Shown: piece by piece, positions 37,942-52,420 of the stretch | Position numbering within the stretch: position 1 is the stretch's first letter | How the letters are laid out: every line of letters starts with the position of its first letter | Position numbers and translations under genes: made by a program | Origin: Eledone cirrhosa | Lineage: Eukaryota | Assembly: GCA_964016885.1 (NCBI GenBank) | Contig: OZ024743.1 | Location: forward strand, 226,734,001 to 226,798,000 | Reading direction: 5' to 3' | Length of the DNA stretch: 64,000 nucleotides | The notes under the pieces: model-generated | What the model was told of the DNA's origin: nothing | Database searches by the model: none | What the model saw: the letters and a program-made list of their open reading frames with translations, nothing else

Positions 37942-39284
37942 ACTTAAAAACTTAAAACCACAACTGAATACTAACCCATACAATCACTAATACTCTTTTA
38001 TTCCTAATTAAACCATTTTTCAACTGTGAACAATTTGTCAGCATTTTCTATTCCGTTTACCAATATATAATAACTTGTGTGTTACACCTCTATTCTTTTA
38101 ACTATATATATATATGTGTGTGTGTATATATGTGTATATATTCTTTTAACTATACATATATATGTGTGTGTGTATATATGTGTATATGTATGTATAATGT
38201 TGAAAGTTGTTGGTTTTCGTGTATTTAGTTATTATGTTCCGTTTGCTTATTTATCTAATTCTTACAGTGATAGATATACAACAGAATTATTGTGTACAAA
38301 CACACACACTCTCTTTCACACACACACATATATATAAGTATGGGTGTTTAGTGAGCTTGTGTGCGTGTGCCATTATACATATATATATATATTTATGTAT
38401 CTATACATGCATACACTTACATTGACGCACATGCACGCTCACACACGCACCAACACACATGTTCACACCCATACAGAGTATATATGTGAGCATATGATTA
38501 CATTTTCTTTTACCTATATATACCGTATATAGGCGCATATGGATGAAGACTGAACAGTTTTAGTTGATAGCGAGACATCTAATTATTGGGAGTGCACAAC
38601 AGGTAGTTGTTGCTTTTATTTGACGTCTACCTGAACTAAAGAAATCGAAAGAATGAACACAAATATATCATATATAATGGGAGAGTGAGGGAAAGGGCTC
38701 TTTGAATTAGGACGAAGTTTTGGGGGCAAGTTTGGAGCATTTTCCACCCTGTACCGCAGAGCCCTTTTCATGTCCTAACATCTTTCCCAGCGGGAAAGAG
38801 AGGGGAAGATGAACCTGTACATTAGTGGCCACGAAAACATGATCAACAATGTTGACATCGGCGGTGTTTGAACTCTAATACCCCAATGACCCTGTGAAAT
38901 CACTACCTTTAATATGGTAACAGATAAATGAAATATGGACTTTTCTACAAGTTTCCATGTGGGACATGTTGATTCGGCACTTGTTGCCCTGCCCAACAGC
39001 TGTTGAATAAAATACATTCACAGTTTTAACCACATAATATAATGTTGTTAACATCAACGTTGGTTGCTCTGTTAACCGATCTTAATCGGATAATGGAATA
39101 AAGTAGTCACTTCATATATGAACAAGTTTGTGAAGAGAACAAAAGTTGTGTACACTGCATAACTATATATGCAACGTAAAATTGTCGCGGGTTGGTGGCA
39201 TGTGACGGGCATAGCTGTATTAATGTGGCTATGGTTGGCTGCTATTTAAAATTGCATAAACGAAATATGATTTCCTTTAATGTG

Positions 39285-39640
39285 TGGGTGCAGCATGGCA
39301 AAATGTTTAAAAAGTTCGCTGTGCAATTATTAGGTCCTGGTTTCGATTTCATTGCGTGGCATCTTGGTTAAGATTCATTTAGCATAGCCTAGAGTCGAAA
39401 CAATTCTTGTAAGTGAAACTCTGTAGATTGAAACAGTCTGGAAGGCCGTCAGATGTATCAGCAATTCAAATGGAAAGCTTTGGCACGCACTATGTCCTGG
39501 TCATCCTCGCTGATAATTAAGTTAAGGTACGTGTCCCTGGAATGCTCAGCCTTTTGCACATTAATTTCATGAACGGACTGTTCAATTGTTCGTACAACTG
39601 GAACATTCATGGTCAAAAACGACCGAGATGCATTCCACTT
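39285..39640 (+). mobile_element. Diverged tRNA-derived SINE
   Basis: TGGCAAAATG..., GGTTTCGATT B-box-like motif; the 3' part shares segments with family 2. Confidence 0.5.
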
Positions 39641-40150
39641 AACTGGGCATGCATTTGACTATAAGGTAGATTGTAGGTCTGCTGAAACGCATGAAAAAAC
39701 TTGTAGAAATAAGCGTATGTGAAAGGGGTGGTGAAAAAGCCAGAAATAATGATCAGGAAATTTTTGGGACCAATTCATTCCATTATCAAGTACATAAATG
39801 AAGAGGGCTTAAATCTTGTACGAGTACTTAAGCAGCATCATATCTATATAAAAAGAGTCATGTAGTAAGGTAACAACTTTTTACGGAAGACTGGTTAAAT
39901 CAGGGCTGCTGCTGGTGTTTATGGAAAGAATTACCTATCTGCTGTTATTAGGTTTGGACGAGAAGTTAATTTGCATCGGTACCAGTCAAATATAGTGATT
40001 ACGATGTGGACTTTCCCTTAAAAGCAGTTCCCTACACAGGCATTATTATACACACAGACATATAAACATAGACACAGACAGGTACACACACACGCATGTA
40101 TATATATAAATATATATAAGTATATTTTGTGCGTGTACATACTTATATTC

Positions 40151-40181
<31 letters not shown>

Positions 40182-40204
40182 CACATATATATATATATAT
40201 ATAT

Positions 40205-40626
40205 ATAGTTAAAAGAATAGAGGTGTAACACACAAGTTATTATATATTGGTAAACGGAATAGAAAATGCTGACAAATTGTTCACAGTTGAAAAATAGTTT
40301 AATTAGGAATAAAAGAGTATTAGTAATTGTATGGGTTAGTATTCAGTTGTGGTTTTAAGTTTTTAAGTTTTTACCGGAGCCACTTTTTTAACATAAAAAC
40401 AAGTAGAATTCCCAAAACTAATCAGATCAGAGCAAACAACACGGACACTCTATCTGAAAATTATTTTTGAAAAGCATTTAGAAATGCGCAACCGGTAAAA
40501 ACGTAAAAACTTAAAACCTCAACTGAATACTAACCCATACAATTACTAATACTCTTTTATTACTAATAAAACTATTTTTCAACTGTGAACAATTTGTCAG
40601 CATTTTCTATTCCGTTTACCAATATA
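40205..40626. mobile_element. Short palindromic derivative of the 34.5-38.1 kb PLE 3' end
   Basis: 40205-40377 is an inverted copy of ~37933-38103 including the tail. 40376-40626 is a direct copy of ~37817-38066. Confidence 0.85.
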
Positions 40627-40756
40627 TGTATATATATATATATATATATATTATTCGAAATGTAAGCTATCGCATATTTCTAATAATTTCAAACCCACTC
40701 GCTGTTTCGAAAATATTCTTACTTGATATATATTGTTATACTTTGGGAGGGTCATG

Positions 40757-41576
40757 TGTTTTTACGGAGGTACCTGGTCTTTCTGCCATCTTAATATTGA
40801 GTTTATGTTTATTTAGGGCCCTTCTAAATTTGTAGGCTAGTTCGCCTCTAGGGGTTGTATTGATGAACATTACACTCTGGTATTTATTGCTATCATACCA
40901 TGAGTTTATTCTATTGGCCTTGTTCCTAGTTCTTTCTATTCTATTCCAAAATTTGCTCCTATACAAGGGGCAGGTCCCATTTATGTCTTTATTTACCATT
41001 TTTTCCCATTTGGTTCTGGCTCCTCTATACACTCTGATTCTATCTCTCTGATTGTAGCCAGAGAACTGCATACCGTGGATGAAGTGTTGTATGTGTCTCT
41101 CTAGTTCTTCGGGGTTGCACATGCGGGACACATTTCTCATCACCCGTACCAAATCCGCAATCAGTATGTTGATTTTGGTATGGTCCGAAATGGCCGAGTT
41201 TCGGTGGATCAGATGTTAGGAAGTCATGGGTTTGGCATAATGGGAATGGAGGATTTGTTTTTGGTTGTTAATGGTATGTAACCAGAGCTCTGTGTCTAGT
41301 ACAGGTAATCGATGGTTGGGGTGTCTACTTGGGTAGTCTATAGTAACTCTAATGCTCTGGTGGATGGAGTTTGCTATTTGCTGGATGCTTTCCATAGTGT
41401 TTTTCTCTAATTCCTGACTGTTCTCTAGTGGGGGTGTCTTAACTACGATGTTTATATCATCTACGTAGCGGGAGCACATTATCAGGGTCAAGCTGTCCCC
41501 CCAACTGCCCCCCAAGTCCAAGTCCAAGTCTACTGTCCCACCATACCATGAACAAGCTAGCTATGTCGCCCGCAAT
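40757..41576 (-). pseudogene. PLE reverse transcriptase C-terminal fragment (Naiad-type motifs)
   Basis: IAGDIASLFMVWWD...SRYVDDINIV...TIDYPSRHPNHRLPVLDTELW...HYAKPMTS*...LVRVMRNVS...FSGY. One frameshift and one stop. Confidence 0.8.
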
Positions 41577-42338
41577 GACACATACAACACTTCATCCACC
41601 GTATGCAGTTCTCTGGCTACAATCAGAGAGATAGAATCAGGGTGTATAGAGCAGCCAGAACCAAATGGGAAAAAATGGTAAAATAATGACATAAATGGGA
41701 CCTGCCCCTTGTATAGGAGCAAATTTTGGAATAGAATAGAAAGAACTAGGAACAAGGCCAATAGAATAAACTCATGGTATGATAGCAATAAATACCAGAG
41801 TGTAATGTTCATCAATACAACCCCTAGAGGCGAACTAGCCTACAAATTTAGAAGGGCCCTAAATAAACATAAACTCAATATTAAGATGGTAGAAAGACCA
41901 GATACCTCCGTAAAAACACTTATTAGCAAGACATACCCGTTCCAAAGACCCTCATGCATAGATAAGAAATGTATAACCTGTAAAATAAGCCCCCATATTA
42001 ACTGTAAAACTAGAAATGTAGTGTATAGCATAAGATGTACTGAAGGACAATGTAGAAACAAAAATATAGTGTACATAGGTGAGACAGCTCGTAGTATAGG
42101 GGAACGGATAAATGAACACTGGCGAGACCTTCAAGATAATAAAGAATCATCTGTACTCTACCAACATGCTAATATAGAACACAAGGGTAAATTAGAGAAC
42201 ATAGAAATAAAAATAGAATCCACACACAGAAAAGATGCAATGTTTAGGCAAATTACAGAGGCAGTAAGCATAAAAGAATTACAACCAAAATTAAATAGAA
42301 AATATGAGTGGAACAGCAACATCACAACTTACAATTAA
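41577..42338 (+). pseudogene. PLE linker + GIY-YIG endonuclease (5'-truncated)
   Basis: CIDKKCITC...CKTRNVVYSIRCTEGQC...VYIGETARSIGERINEH...HANIEH...RQITEAVSI...LNRKYEWN. Confidence 0.85.
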
Positions 42339-42542
42339 GGAGAAAATGAAAACACACACACACATAGAACAAACAACCAACCAACAACATGTAAATAAAT
42401 AAACAAATAGATAAATGAACACAAACACACAGAGACACCCGGATGTGGCGCATGCGCAAACGGAGCACACAATACGCACACAGAGACAGAATGGCGTAGG
42501 ACAGAAGAAAGGAAAGGCACAGAAACAAAGAAAGGAATCCCC

Positions 42543-42588
42543 AGTCACTGATGAGGTCAGACGAGTGTGTGACGAAAGGACTATGACT
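42543..42588 (+). ncRNA. Minimal type I hammerhead in the Naiad-like 3' UTR
   Basis: AGUCA-CUGAUGA-g-GUCAGAC gagu GUGUGAC-GAAA-GGAC-UA/UGACU. Confidence 0.75.
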
Positions 42589-42796
42589 ATATATAAACAA
42601 CTATCTGGTTGTGGAACCAACCAACCAACCAGATTTGTAGATTTATAAATTTATAAATTTATAAATATATAATAAATTGAAGTGAAAGCAACTGGTGCGT
42701 GTGTTTCTTATTGGCAACATGACCCTCCCAAAGTATAACAATATCGGTTTCAACACACGATTTCAGATAAAGAATCTTGCTAAACAAATTCAGAAA

Positions 42797-42903
<107 letters not shown>

Positions 42904-42911
42904 CATTCATA

Positions 42912-42943
<32 letters not shown>

Positions 42944-42945
42944 CA

Positions 42946-43028
<83 letters not shown>

Positions 43029-43048
43029 GCATATATATATATATATGC

Positions 43049-43102
<54 letters not shown>

Positions 43103-43149
43103 TAGATTTACATATACATAAACTAGATAGAGCCATAGATATATATATA

Positions 43150-44063
<914 letters not shown>

Positions 44064-44103
44064 TATGTATATATACATATGCATGTATATCTATATATGT
44101 ATG

Positions 44104-44480
44104 AATACGAAATTTCTATACATATTGTAATAAGCTATGCTTGAAGTGAAATCTTATTTCTTTTCTATTATAAGCTGAGCCAACTTATGCAGCTTCATAT
44201 GCAAATGAGATTAATCTCCTCACTTACACGCACGAGAAATCTATATATTCTCGTCTGTCTTCAAATCCAGCAGCGCCAGCGGTGGGAGGGACCGTCCTGA
44301 GGAAGGCAAGTCAAGCCTGAAATGCATAGACGGTTGTCCCTCTTGCTTCTGATGGACACCACCAGAAGACGTTAGCCCCGGTGTTTGCATAGCTTTGGCT
44401 TCCTAAAAGCGTGTTAGAAATACGAAATTTCTGTACAAATTTGTATAAAGCTATGCTTGAAGCGAAATCTTATTTCTTTT
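44104..44480 (+). mobile_element. Retrozyme-like/solo pLTR unit (~315-bp period, ~60-bp terminal direct repeat)
   Basis: 44104-44164 ~ 44419-44480, central hammerhead, (TA)n flanks. Confidence 0.65.
44291..44334 (+). ncRNA. Minimal type I hammerhead with canonical core
   Basis: ACCGUC-CUGAGGA-AGGC aagucaa GCCU-GAAA-UGCA-UA/GACGGU, with palindromic AUGCAU. Confidence 0.85.
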
Positions 44481-44527
44481 ATATATATGTATATATATAT
44501 ATATAGTCCAGAATATATATATATATA

Positions 44528-44674
44528 CAGTCCAGAAATAGCCGTTGAAACGGCTTGAGCTCTGCCGTCGGAGTAAAAATTTTCCTATTACCCACTCTAC
44601 TACCCTAAGCGTTGAGTACTCTTGTGCGTTATGGTCCATCTGGTTCCTTACCATACCCCCTTCGTTATATATAT

Positions 44675-44713
<39 letters not shown>

Positions 44714-44837
44714 TATATTTATATATACATATATACATACATATATATATATGTCCTATTACCCACTCTACTACCCTAAGTATTGAGTACTTTGGTGCGT
44801 TATGGTCCATCTGGTTCCTTACCACATTTCCTTCGTT
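44528..44837 (+). mobile_element. Family C element: 3' half hammerhead + tandemly duplicated tail
   Basis: GAAA-CGGC ttgagctct GCCG-TC/GGAGT at 44547-44574. Tail 44583-44667 is repeated at 44754-44837. Confidence 0.65.
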
Positions 44838-46104
44838 ATATATATATATATATATATATGTACAGGCATAATACATATATATGAACAAATACATAACTAC
44901 ATAAGCAACTTACATCACAATTGATGTTCAAACCTGAAAGAATGTATTCGTATGACCATGAAGGAAGTGAACTATAGCGATGAAATTAAAGCAGACAGTA
45001 TGAAAAACAAAGAAAGCTACAGTTAAAAGAAAAACAAATAGGAAAGTCTCTAATCAATAATAAACAGAATTTGGCAAGCCGAAATATCTCATGTAACTAA
45101 TTTTTACCATTAGTTCTTGCAACTGGTTTCTTATAGTTATCATCTGGCGTTGTTATATTTAGTTTTATGACTGTGGTTACGTAGTCGTTGTCATAAGGGT
45201 TGTGCTAGTGTTGGTTATTGTGGTGGTGGTGGTGGTGTTGGTAGTGTTGCGGACTGTGTTTGTGATGCTGGTATTGGCTGTGACTGTGTTAGTGATCACT
45301 GTGGTGGTTGGTGCGGTGATGGATGTGATGGAGGTTATTGTGATAGTGATCGTGATGGTGACGGTTGAGTTGTGTTCGTGATGATTGTGGCGGTGGTGCT
45401 TGTATTGTTGTTGTTGTTCGTGGTGGTGGCAGAAGGGTTTATATAGGTGCTGGTTGTGGTTGTGTTGATGGTGATGGTGGTTTTAGCTTTGATTGAGCTG
45501 ATGATAGTTGTGGAGGTGTTTGTGATGATTTTGGTGAGGATTGTTGTGGGCGTTATAGTGATGGTGGTGGTGTTTGTTGTAGTGGTGACTGAGTTTGTGG
45601 TTGTGGTTGTGGTTGTTGTTATGTTGGGGGTTATGACGTTGGATGGGGCGGGTAATTCCCAACCCACTCTATCCTTCTGCTTTTTTATCTCTGCTAAAAT
45701 TTATTTTGTAAATCTAAACGAGATAGACTAAGCTATGATAGAAATGGGGTTGTGGTAAGGGAAGTAGAACAGAAGGAAAGTAAATGAAAGAAGGAAAGAA
45801 AAAAATGAACACGCAGCATTTAATTGAAAATAAAATTCGTTCCTCCCACAAAATTGAAATATATGTTTCACTCATTGTAAAGATGTATATATGTATGTGC
45901 CTGTACATTAATGTATATGTGCGTGTTTTTGTGTTTGCGTGTGTAAATTGTATGTTTTGGTATCAAATTTGCTTTGATGTATGTAGATTTGGGAAAAAAA
46001 TTTGAATTGGCTTCGCTAACAAATGTAATATTTAGCTTTACCCCATACTCTCGTTATTCGTTGGTTATGTTGTATTCCGTGTTATTGTTGTTGTTTCTGG
46101 TGGG

Positions 46105-46218
<114 letters not shown>

Positions 46219-47602
46219 GCTCTTGTTAGCCTGACAACAAAGTAGGTGACTAGATAACTAGCAATTTGTTCCCCCCAAAATGACACTGTTTCAAAGCCAA
46301 ATGATTCTGCTGCCAACAACCTGGAAACATGTTCCAGCCAGCCAGCCGCTTTCGTCGCTGGTACGAAAAACACTTTACACATAACGAAATCTTATATAGA
46401 GAGAAGTAAATGAAAGTAGATGGTGAAAAAGTGGTCATGAGTGAGCCTCAAAATCCCGTACGACCTATTTGAAGGCACAAAGCAGATTGACATTGGATGG
46501 AACAGGCTAGCGAGGTTCATTTCCCAAAAGATTTTGGATGCGAGTGAAGACCTAAAACCCATATAATCCCAAGCGAAACATTTAGCCAATGATTGAAGAA
46601 GCTCGGGTTGACTCACATACCGCTTGTATGTGCCATTCCTTGGCTGATAGCAGCTGATTTCCAGGAAGTAGTTTGGAAAATGACGATACTAGAAACCTTC
46701 AGAATTAAAAGTGCATCCACCTTCCCGCTTCTTTGGAAGACAGAAATCCAATTTGAAATCCATGTTGCACAAAAACCCACCTCAAGGTTTTCTGCCTAAT
46801 ATAGGCCACGAGAGAGTAAGTTCCCTGCAGGAAACAACATCGCAATCAGCAACGGCCACAGTAAATAAAACATCAGCGGTATAGTCAACATAAGCAGCAT
46901 CGTCAACAACAATAGCAACGACACCAGCAGTTGCAACAGCTAAATCAACAGCTCTAGCACAAACAGCATCCCAGCACCAAAATCAACACTATCGACAACA
47001 GTAATACCAACACACAAGGAGCACTTTTCCCTTCCCGACGAGTAGGATAGGAATTGTGGCGTAAAGGTTGAAGCCATAAACCACACAACATCAACACCAA
47101 CAGCAACCTTGAAATTACCTGTGTCTAAACATTGTCAATGTAATATTTAATTTTATAAGGTAGCAGTATAAGTAAAAAAAGTGAGCCTAAATCCAAGAGC
47201 TCGATTTCAAGGAACAGCAACTAAATCTCGGACAAATCACATCCTAAATTTCAAGAAATAGAAACATGCATTATATAATTTTATATGGTATAGAAAATAA
47301 AATAGAATCAGGCGGGTGACCAATCGAATAGCGATTAACAAGGATTTGTAAAATCCACTTCAAGAGAGAGCCAAATAACAATAAAATAGAGGACAGACGA
47401 TACATTTCTTTAAACTTATAATGTTTTCAGTTCAGTTACGAAGAAAATTCCTGGCAAGAACATTTTTTTCTGAATATGTAGATGTAGGAGTTTATTACTC
47501 AAAGATTCTAGAAGGTGAAGAAGCCCCCATTTGTATATCATAAGCTATAAGCGAATAGAAGTCCGGTGATGCCTCTACTTTGCTTGATACCCGACTAAAT
47601 AT

Positions 47603-47720
47603 AATTGTTTCTATTTTAGGCACAAGGCCAGCAATTACCCAGTGCATTACTGGTACTTTATTTTATCGACCCCCGTAAGGATGAAAGGCAAAGTCAACCT
47701 CGGCGGGATTTGAACTCAGA
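47603..47720 (-). mobile_element. SINE family 1, 5'-truncated
   Basis: B box, core and tail present. Confidence 0.8.
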
Positions 47721-49394
47721 GATGCTAAACGCACTAAGATATTATAAGTAAGTCGCTATTGCTTAGTCCTAGTTCAGACGAAACGCTATGATTAAAGGTA
47801 TTTAAGCCATGGCTCTCTCATCTATGATTCAAGTACAGTGTATTTAGAGCTATCTTATCGAATACATCGTTTCTATATTTAAAATAATAGCTTTTGATTT
47901 GAGGGAGATTTAGCTACTCTGTTGAGTGCCTATCGACTACGTAGAGACTCCTGATTAGCTTGTGCATCAATAAGTTTGCAGGAAGCAGTATATATTCTTA
48001 AGTGCTATTTTCAGTAATTCTATCGATTACGTAGATGTTCCTATTAGATTGTGTATAAATATGTTTGCATGCAGCAGTGTATATTTTTATTTAAATTCTT
48101 ATAAAATTTGGGTTTCTCTTGTTCAGTTTTCCATGTTTCACTTCTGAGCGATATCAATACCAAATTTAATTAATGCACTACTCTACTCCAAATGGCAATA
48201 AAGGAATTCTATTTTCTTCTGTTGACAAACGAGGTGTTTAACAATCGAGCGGTATGAAATTATGATGCAATATTGCAGACACATGCAATCAATCCCTGCA
48301 TGAAAAATCGAACACAAACAAAACTAACAGAACGCTAAAAAAGCGATGACGATGACGACGAGGATGATGATGATGTTGGTGATGATACTGACGATGATGA
48401 TGATAGTTCTGCTGGTTTGTTCTCATGGTTATGATCAATAATCCACCTAATTTTTATCTGCACTGCAAATATGTATATATATAATGTAAACACGCAAAAT
48501 GGATTTTCTCAAAGAATTCTAGAAAATCATTTCTGAATTCTTCAAATTCAATCCATTAACGGTAGACTTTTAAAATATGCAAAACTTTTCTGCAAGTTTA
48601 ACCTTTGTCTTCATTCATTGTTCTCTGAATAGTATCAAAGGAATCTTTATCTATTAATTAAAACCTGGCTTTTGATCTATTACATTAATACTGACGAAAC
48701 AAATAAAAGATGCACGCGTATACATATAAATGATTTTATACTTGTACTCCCTCCTATATATAAAGATACGTATGTAAACGTATGTTCACACGTTTGTAGT
48801 TATAAGCATACACACATACATTAATACGTACTCATAGGCATATATCTATATATATGCGCCTCTGAGTACGTTTTAATGTGTGTATGTATGCTTAATATAT
48901 ATATATATATATACATATATAGACACCATACATATATACATACATTCATACATACATATACATACACGCACACACACATATATATATATGTATATATATA
49001 TATATGTAGATATGTGTGATGTGTGTCTGTGTGTCTATGCGAATGTATTACACGTTTAAGCAAAGCTGATGACGCAGTACAAAGTGTGTTCATATGTAAG
49101 AGGGTATCAATGTGATTTCGGATGAACCAGAACTCAGGCTATCTCTTTGATGACAATCAATGTAATGACAATTATAATACTTGACATCGACAGTAACATA
49201 CGTCTCACAGTACATTCATTATGTGGCATTCATCAGATATTTACATGGGTTCCCGCCTAACCATAACAAAGTCATTTAATATTAAGAGCCTGTTCTCTCA
49301 TTAAAAATATTAACATAATCCATGTAACGTCTTTGAAAGTACAACAATAATTGTATGAGCATACACATATTCACAAACACACACACACACAAGA

Positions 49395-49496
<102 letters not shown>

Positions 49497-49664
49497 GCAC
49501 GCACACATGTATAATATTAAAACTCTGTGATTATATCTTGTATACATCCCAAATACGTTGAAAGGAAGTTGCCCCTGAAATGGGAATACGAATGGAATAA
49601 AACACGTTTCGCGTAAATCAGAGCACGTGTCCCGGGATATAGAGTTTTCCGAGTGCCTTCATAA

Positions 49665-49784
<120 letters not shown>

Positions 49785-49951
49785 GTGGTGTTGTTGAAAG
49801 AATTATAACAAAGAATCGAATACACCATTATTGTATCTAACTCGAATTTTGTGACTGAATATTAAGTCATATGTATCATATAACTTGTATTATGCCAGGA
49901 CGTGTGTAGCGAATAATTCCTGCTAAATAGAAGGGTTTCTAAGTGTGTGTA

Positions 49952-49999
<48 letters not shown>

Positions 50000-50089
50000 G
50001 TATATATATCTACATGTGTGTGTGTGTGTGTGTACACGCACACACACACACACACATATATATAAATATATAAACACACGTACATATGA

Positions 50090-50400
50090 AAGGAGTCACT
50101 CCTTCGGTTACGACAACGAGTATTCCAGTTGATACTATCAACAGAACAGCATACTCCTGAAATTAGCGTTCAAATGGCTGACCATTCTACAGACACGCGT
50201 ACACTTTACGTAGTTATCAGGGAGGTTCAGTGTTACAGGATGACAAGCTGGCCCTTCGAATTACAGGTACAACTTATTTTTGCCCGCTGAGTAGACTAGA
50301 ACAACGTTAAATAAAGTGTCTTGCTCAAGGCAAGCGCCGCCGGGAATCAAACTCATGACCTTACGATAGTGAGCTGAATACACTAACGATGCACTCTCAC
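50090..50400 (-). mobile_element. SINE family 2 copy nested in the Helitron
   Basis: Minus strand GAGTTTGATTCCC...CCTTGAGCAAGACACTTTATTT. Confidence 0.7.
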
Positions 50401-50571
50401 ACACATAAATACATATATAAACGCACACTCACACACGTACACTCATATAAACACATACACACAACCATATATATATAAACACTCCTACACACACATATAT
50501 AAAGACACACACATACAACAAACACGCAGACATATATATAGAAGCATGCAAACACGCAAACAGTTATATAA

Positions 50572-50602
<31 letters not shown>

Positions 50603-50605
50603 TAC

Positions 50606-50701
<96 letters not shown>

Positions 50702-50744
50702 ACACATACACTCATTATAGCCACTCTACTGTGAAACCCAATAT

Positions 50745-52420
50745 CAAAAGATTTTCTCCCTCCTCTCTATATTCCACTACATAACTCAATTTATTTCACT
50801 CTCTTAATCCTCCCCCCATTCCCTCACTAAACCAACAAATACGCTCCCGCTCTATCCCAATACATACCTCACTCCCGCTCACAATTCCCCCTCTCTCACT
50901 AGACCACCAAATTCTATACCACCCCACTATATTCCACTGCATACCACACTCTCAGTCAGTCACACAATACCCCCTCTATCACCTGGCCAATATATTCTCT
51001 CTCTCCCTCTATAAACCACTACATATCTCACTCTCTCTCACAATTCTCCCTCTCTCACTAGATCACCAAATTCTCCCGCCCCCTCTCTATATTCTACTAC
51101 ATACCTCATTCTCTTTCACTTTCTTAATTCCCCCTCTCTCACTAGAGCAGCCAATTCTCTCCCCCTCTCTATATTCCACAACACATCTAATTCTCTCTCA
51201 CTCTCACAATACCATCTCACTCACTAAACCAATAAATATTCTCCCGCTCTCCATATCCTACTACATACCTCACTCTCTCTAACAATTCCCTCTCGCTCAC
51301 TAAACCACCAATCAACCTCCCTCTCTATATATCCTACTGCATACCTTTCTCTTTCTCACTCTCTTAATTTACCCTCTCTCATTAAACAAACAATCTCTCT
51401 CCCCTCTCTCTATCTTACTACATATTTCACTCTCTCTCATAATTCCCCCTCTCTCACTAGACAACCAAATTCACTCCCCCTCTCTATATTCAACTAAAGA
51501 ACTCACTCTCTTCAATCTCTTAATTCCCCTCTCTCACTAAACCAACAAATTCTATCCCGCTCTCTAAATCTCACTACATACTCCACTCTCTTTCACTCTC
51601 AGAATTTCCTCTCTCTCACTAGACCACCAAATTGTCTCTCCCTCTTTATATCCCACTACATACCTCTTTCTCTTTCACTCACTTAACTCCCTCTCTCGCA
51701 ATTAGGCTTTCAAATTCACACCCTCTCTATATCCAATTACATACCTCGTTCTCTCTCACAATTTCCCTTCTCTCCCTAGACCACCTTATCCTCTCCCCCT
51801 CTCTCTATTACACTACATAACTCACTTTCTTTCACTCTTTTAATTACCCCTTTCTCACTAGACCAACAAATATTCTTCCACTCTCTATATTCCAATGTAT
51901 ACCTCACTCTCACTCACAATTCCCCCTCTTTCACTAGACCACCAAATTTTCTCACCCTCGTAATATTCCACTATATACCTCACCCTCTCTCAATCTCACA
52001 ATACCACCTCTCTCACTAGGCCAATAAACTCTCACTTCTCTCACTAGGCTAATACACTCTCACCCCTCTCTATATCCCACTACATAAATCACTCTCTTTC
52101 CCTCTCTTAATTCCCCTTTCTCTCACAAAACCAACAAATACTCTCCTGCTCTCTATATCCCACTACATACCCCACTCTCGCTCACAATTGCCCCTCTCTC
52201 ACTAGACAACCAAATTCACTCCCCCTCTTTATATTTCGCTACATACCTCACTCTCTTAACTACCCCTCACTCACTAGGCTAATAAACTCTAACCTCTCTC
52301 ACTAAACCAACAAATTATATCCCACTCTATATATCCCACTGCATAACTCTCTCTCTCTCTCTCAGAATTCACCCTCTCTCATTAGACCGCCAAATTATCT
52401 CTCCCTCTCTATATCCCACA
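50745..52420. repeat. Pyrimidine-rich minisatellite, ~70-76-bp unit, >20 diverged copies
   Basis: Recurring CTCTCTATAT(T/C)CCACTACATACCTCACTCTC...AATTCCCCTCTCTCACTAGACCACCAAATT. Confidence 0.9.

Larger units (their letters stand above)
34545..38103. mobile_element. Penelope-like element (Neptune-like) 3' half duplicated as a head-to-head 3.5-kb palindrome
   Basis: Arms 34545-36286 and 36319-38066 are reverse complements with few differences. The 32-bp spacer belongs to the left arm's reading frame. The ~37-bp tail 38067-38103 is on the right only. Confidence 0.9.

Noticed and set aside
41577-42700. Selenoprotein-type Naiad (in-frame UGA + SECIS)
   Set aside because: There is no in-frame TGA in the GIY-YIG frame 41709-42338, the RT-arm stop is TAA, and no SECIS was recognised.
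45170-45650. T-rich/V-rich ORFs resembling mucin
   Set aside because: Degenerate (GGT/GTT/GAT)n trinucleotide repeat; a similar tract lies at 3340-3560.
46390-46800. Complex-sequence stretch as an exon or LINE remnant
   Set aside because: Short frames with stops and no motif I recognise; needs BLASTX.
50745-52420. Regular repeats as a possible CRISPR-like array
   Set aside because: Whole units are diverged tandem copies with no unique spacers, there are no cas genes, and the context is eukaryotic.
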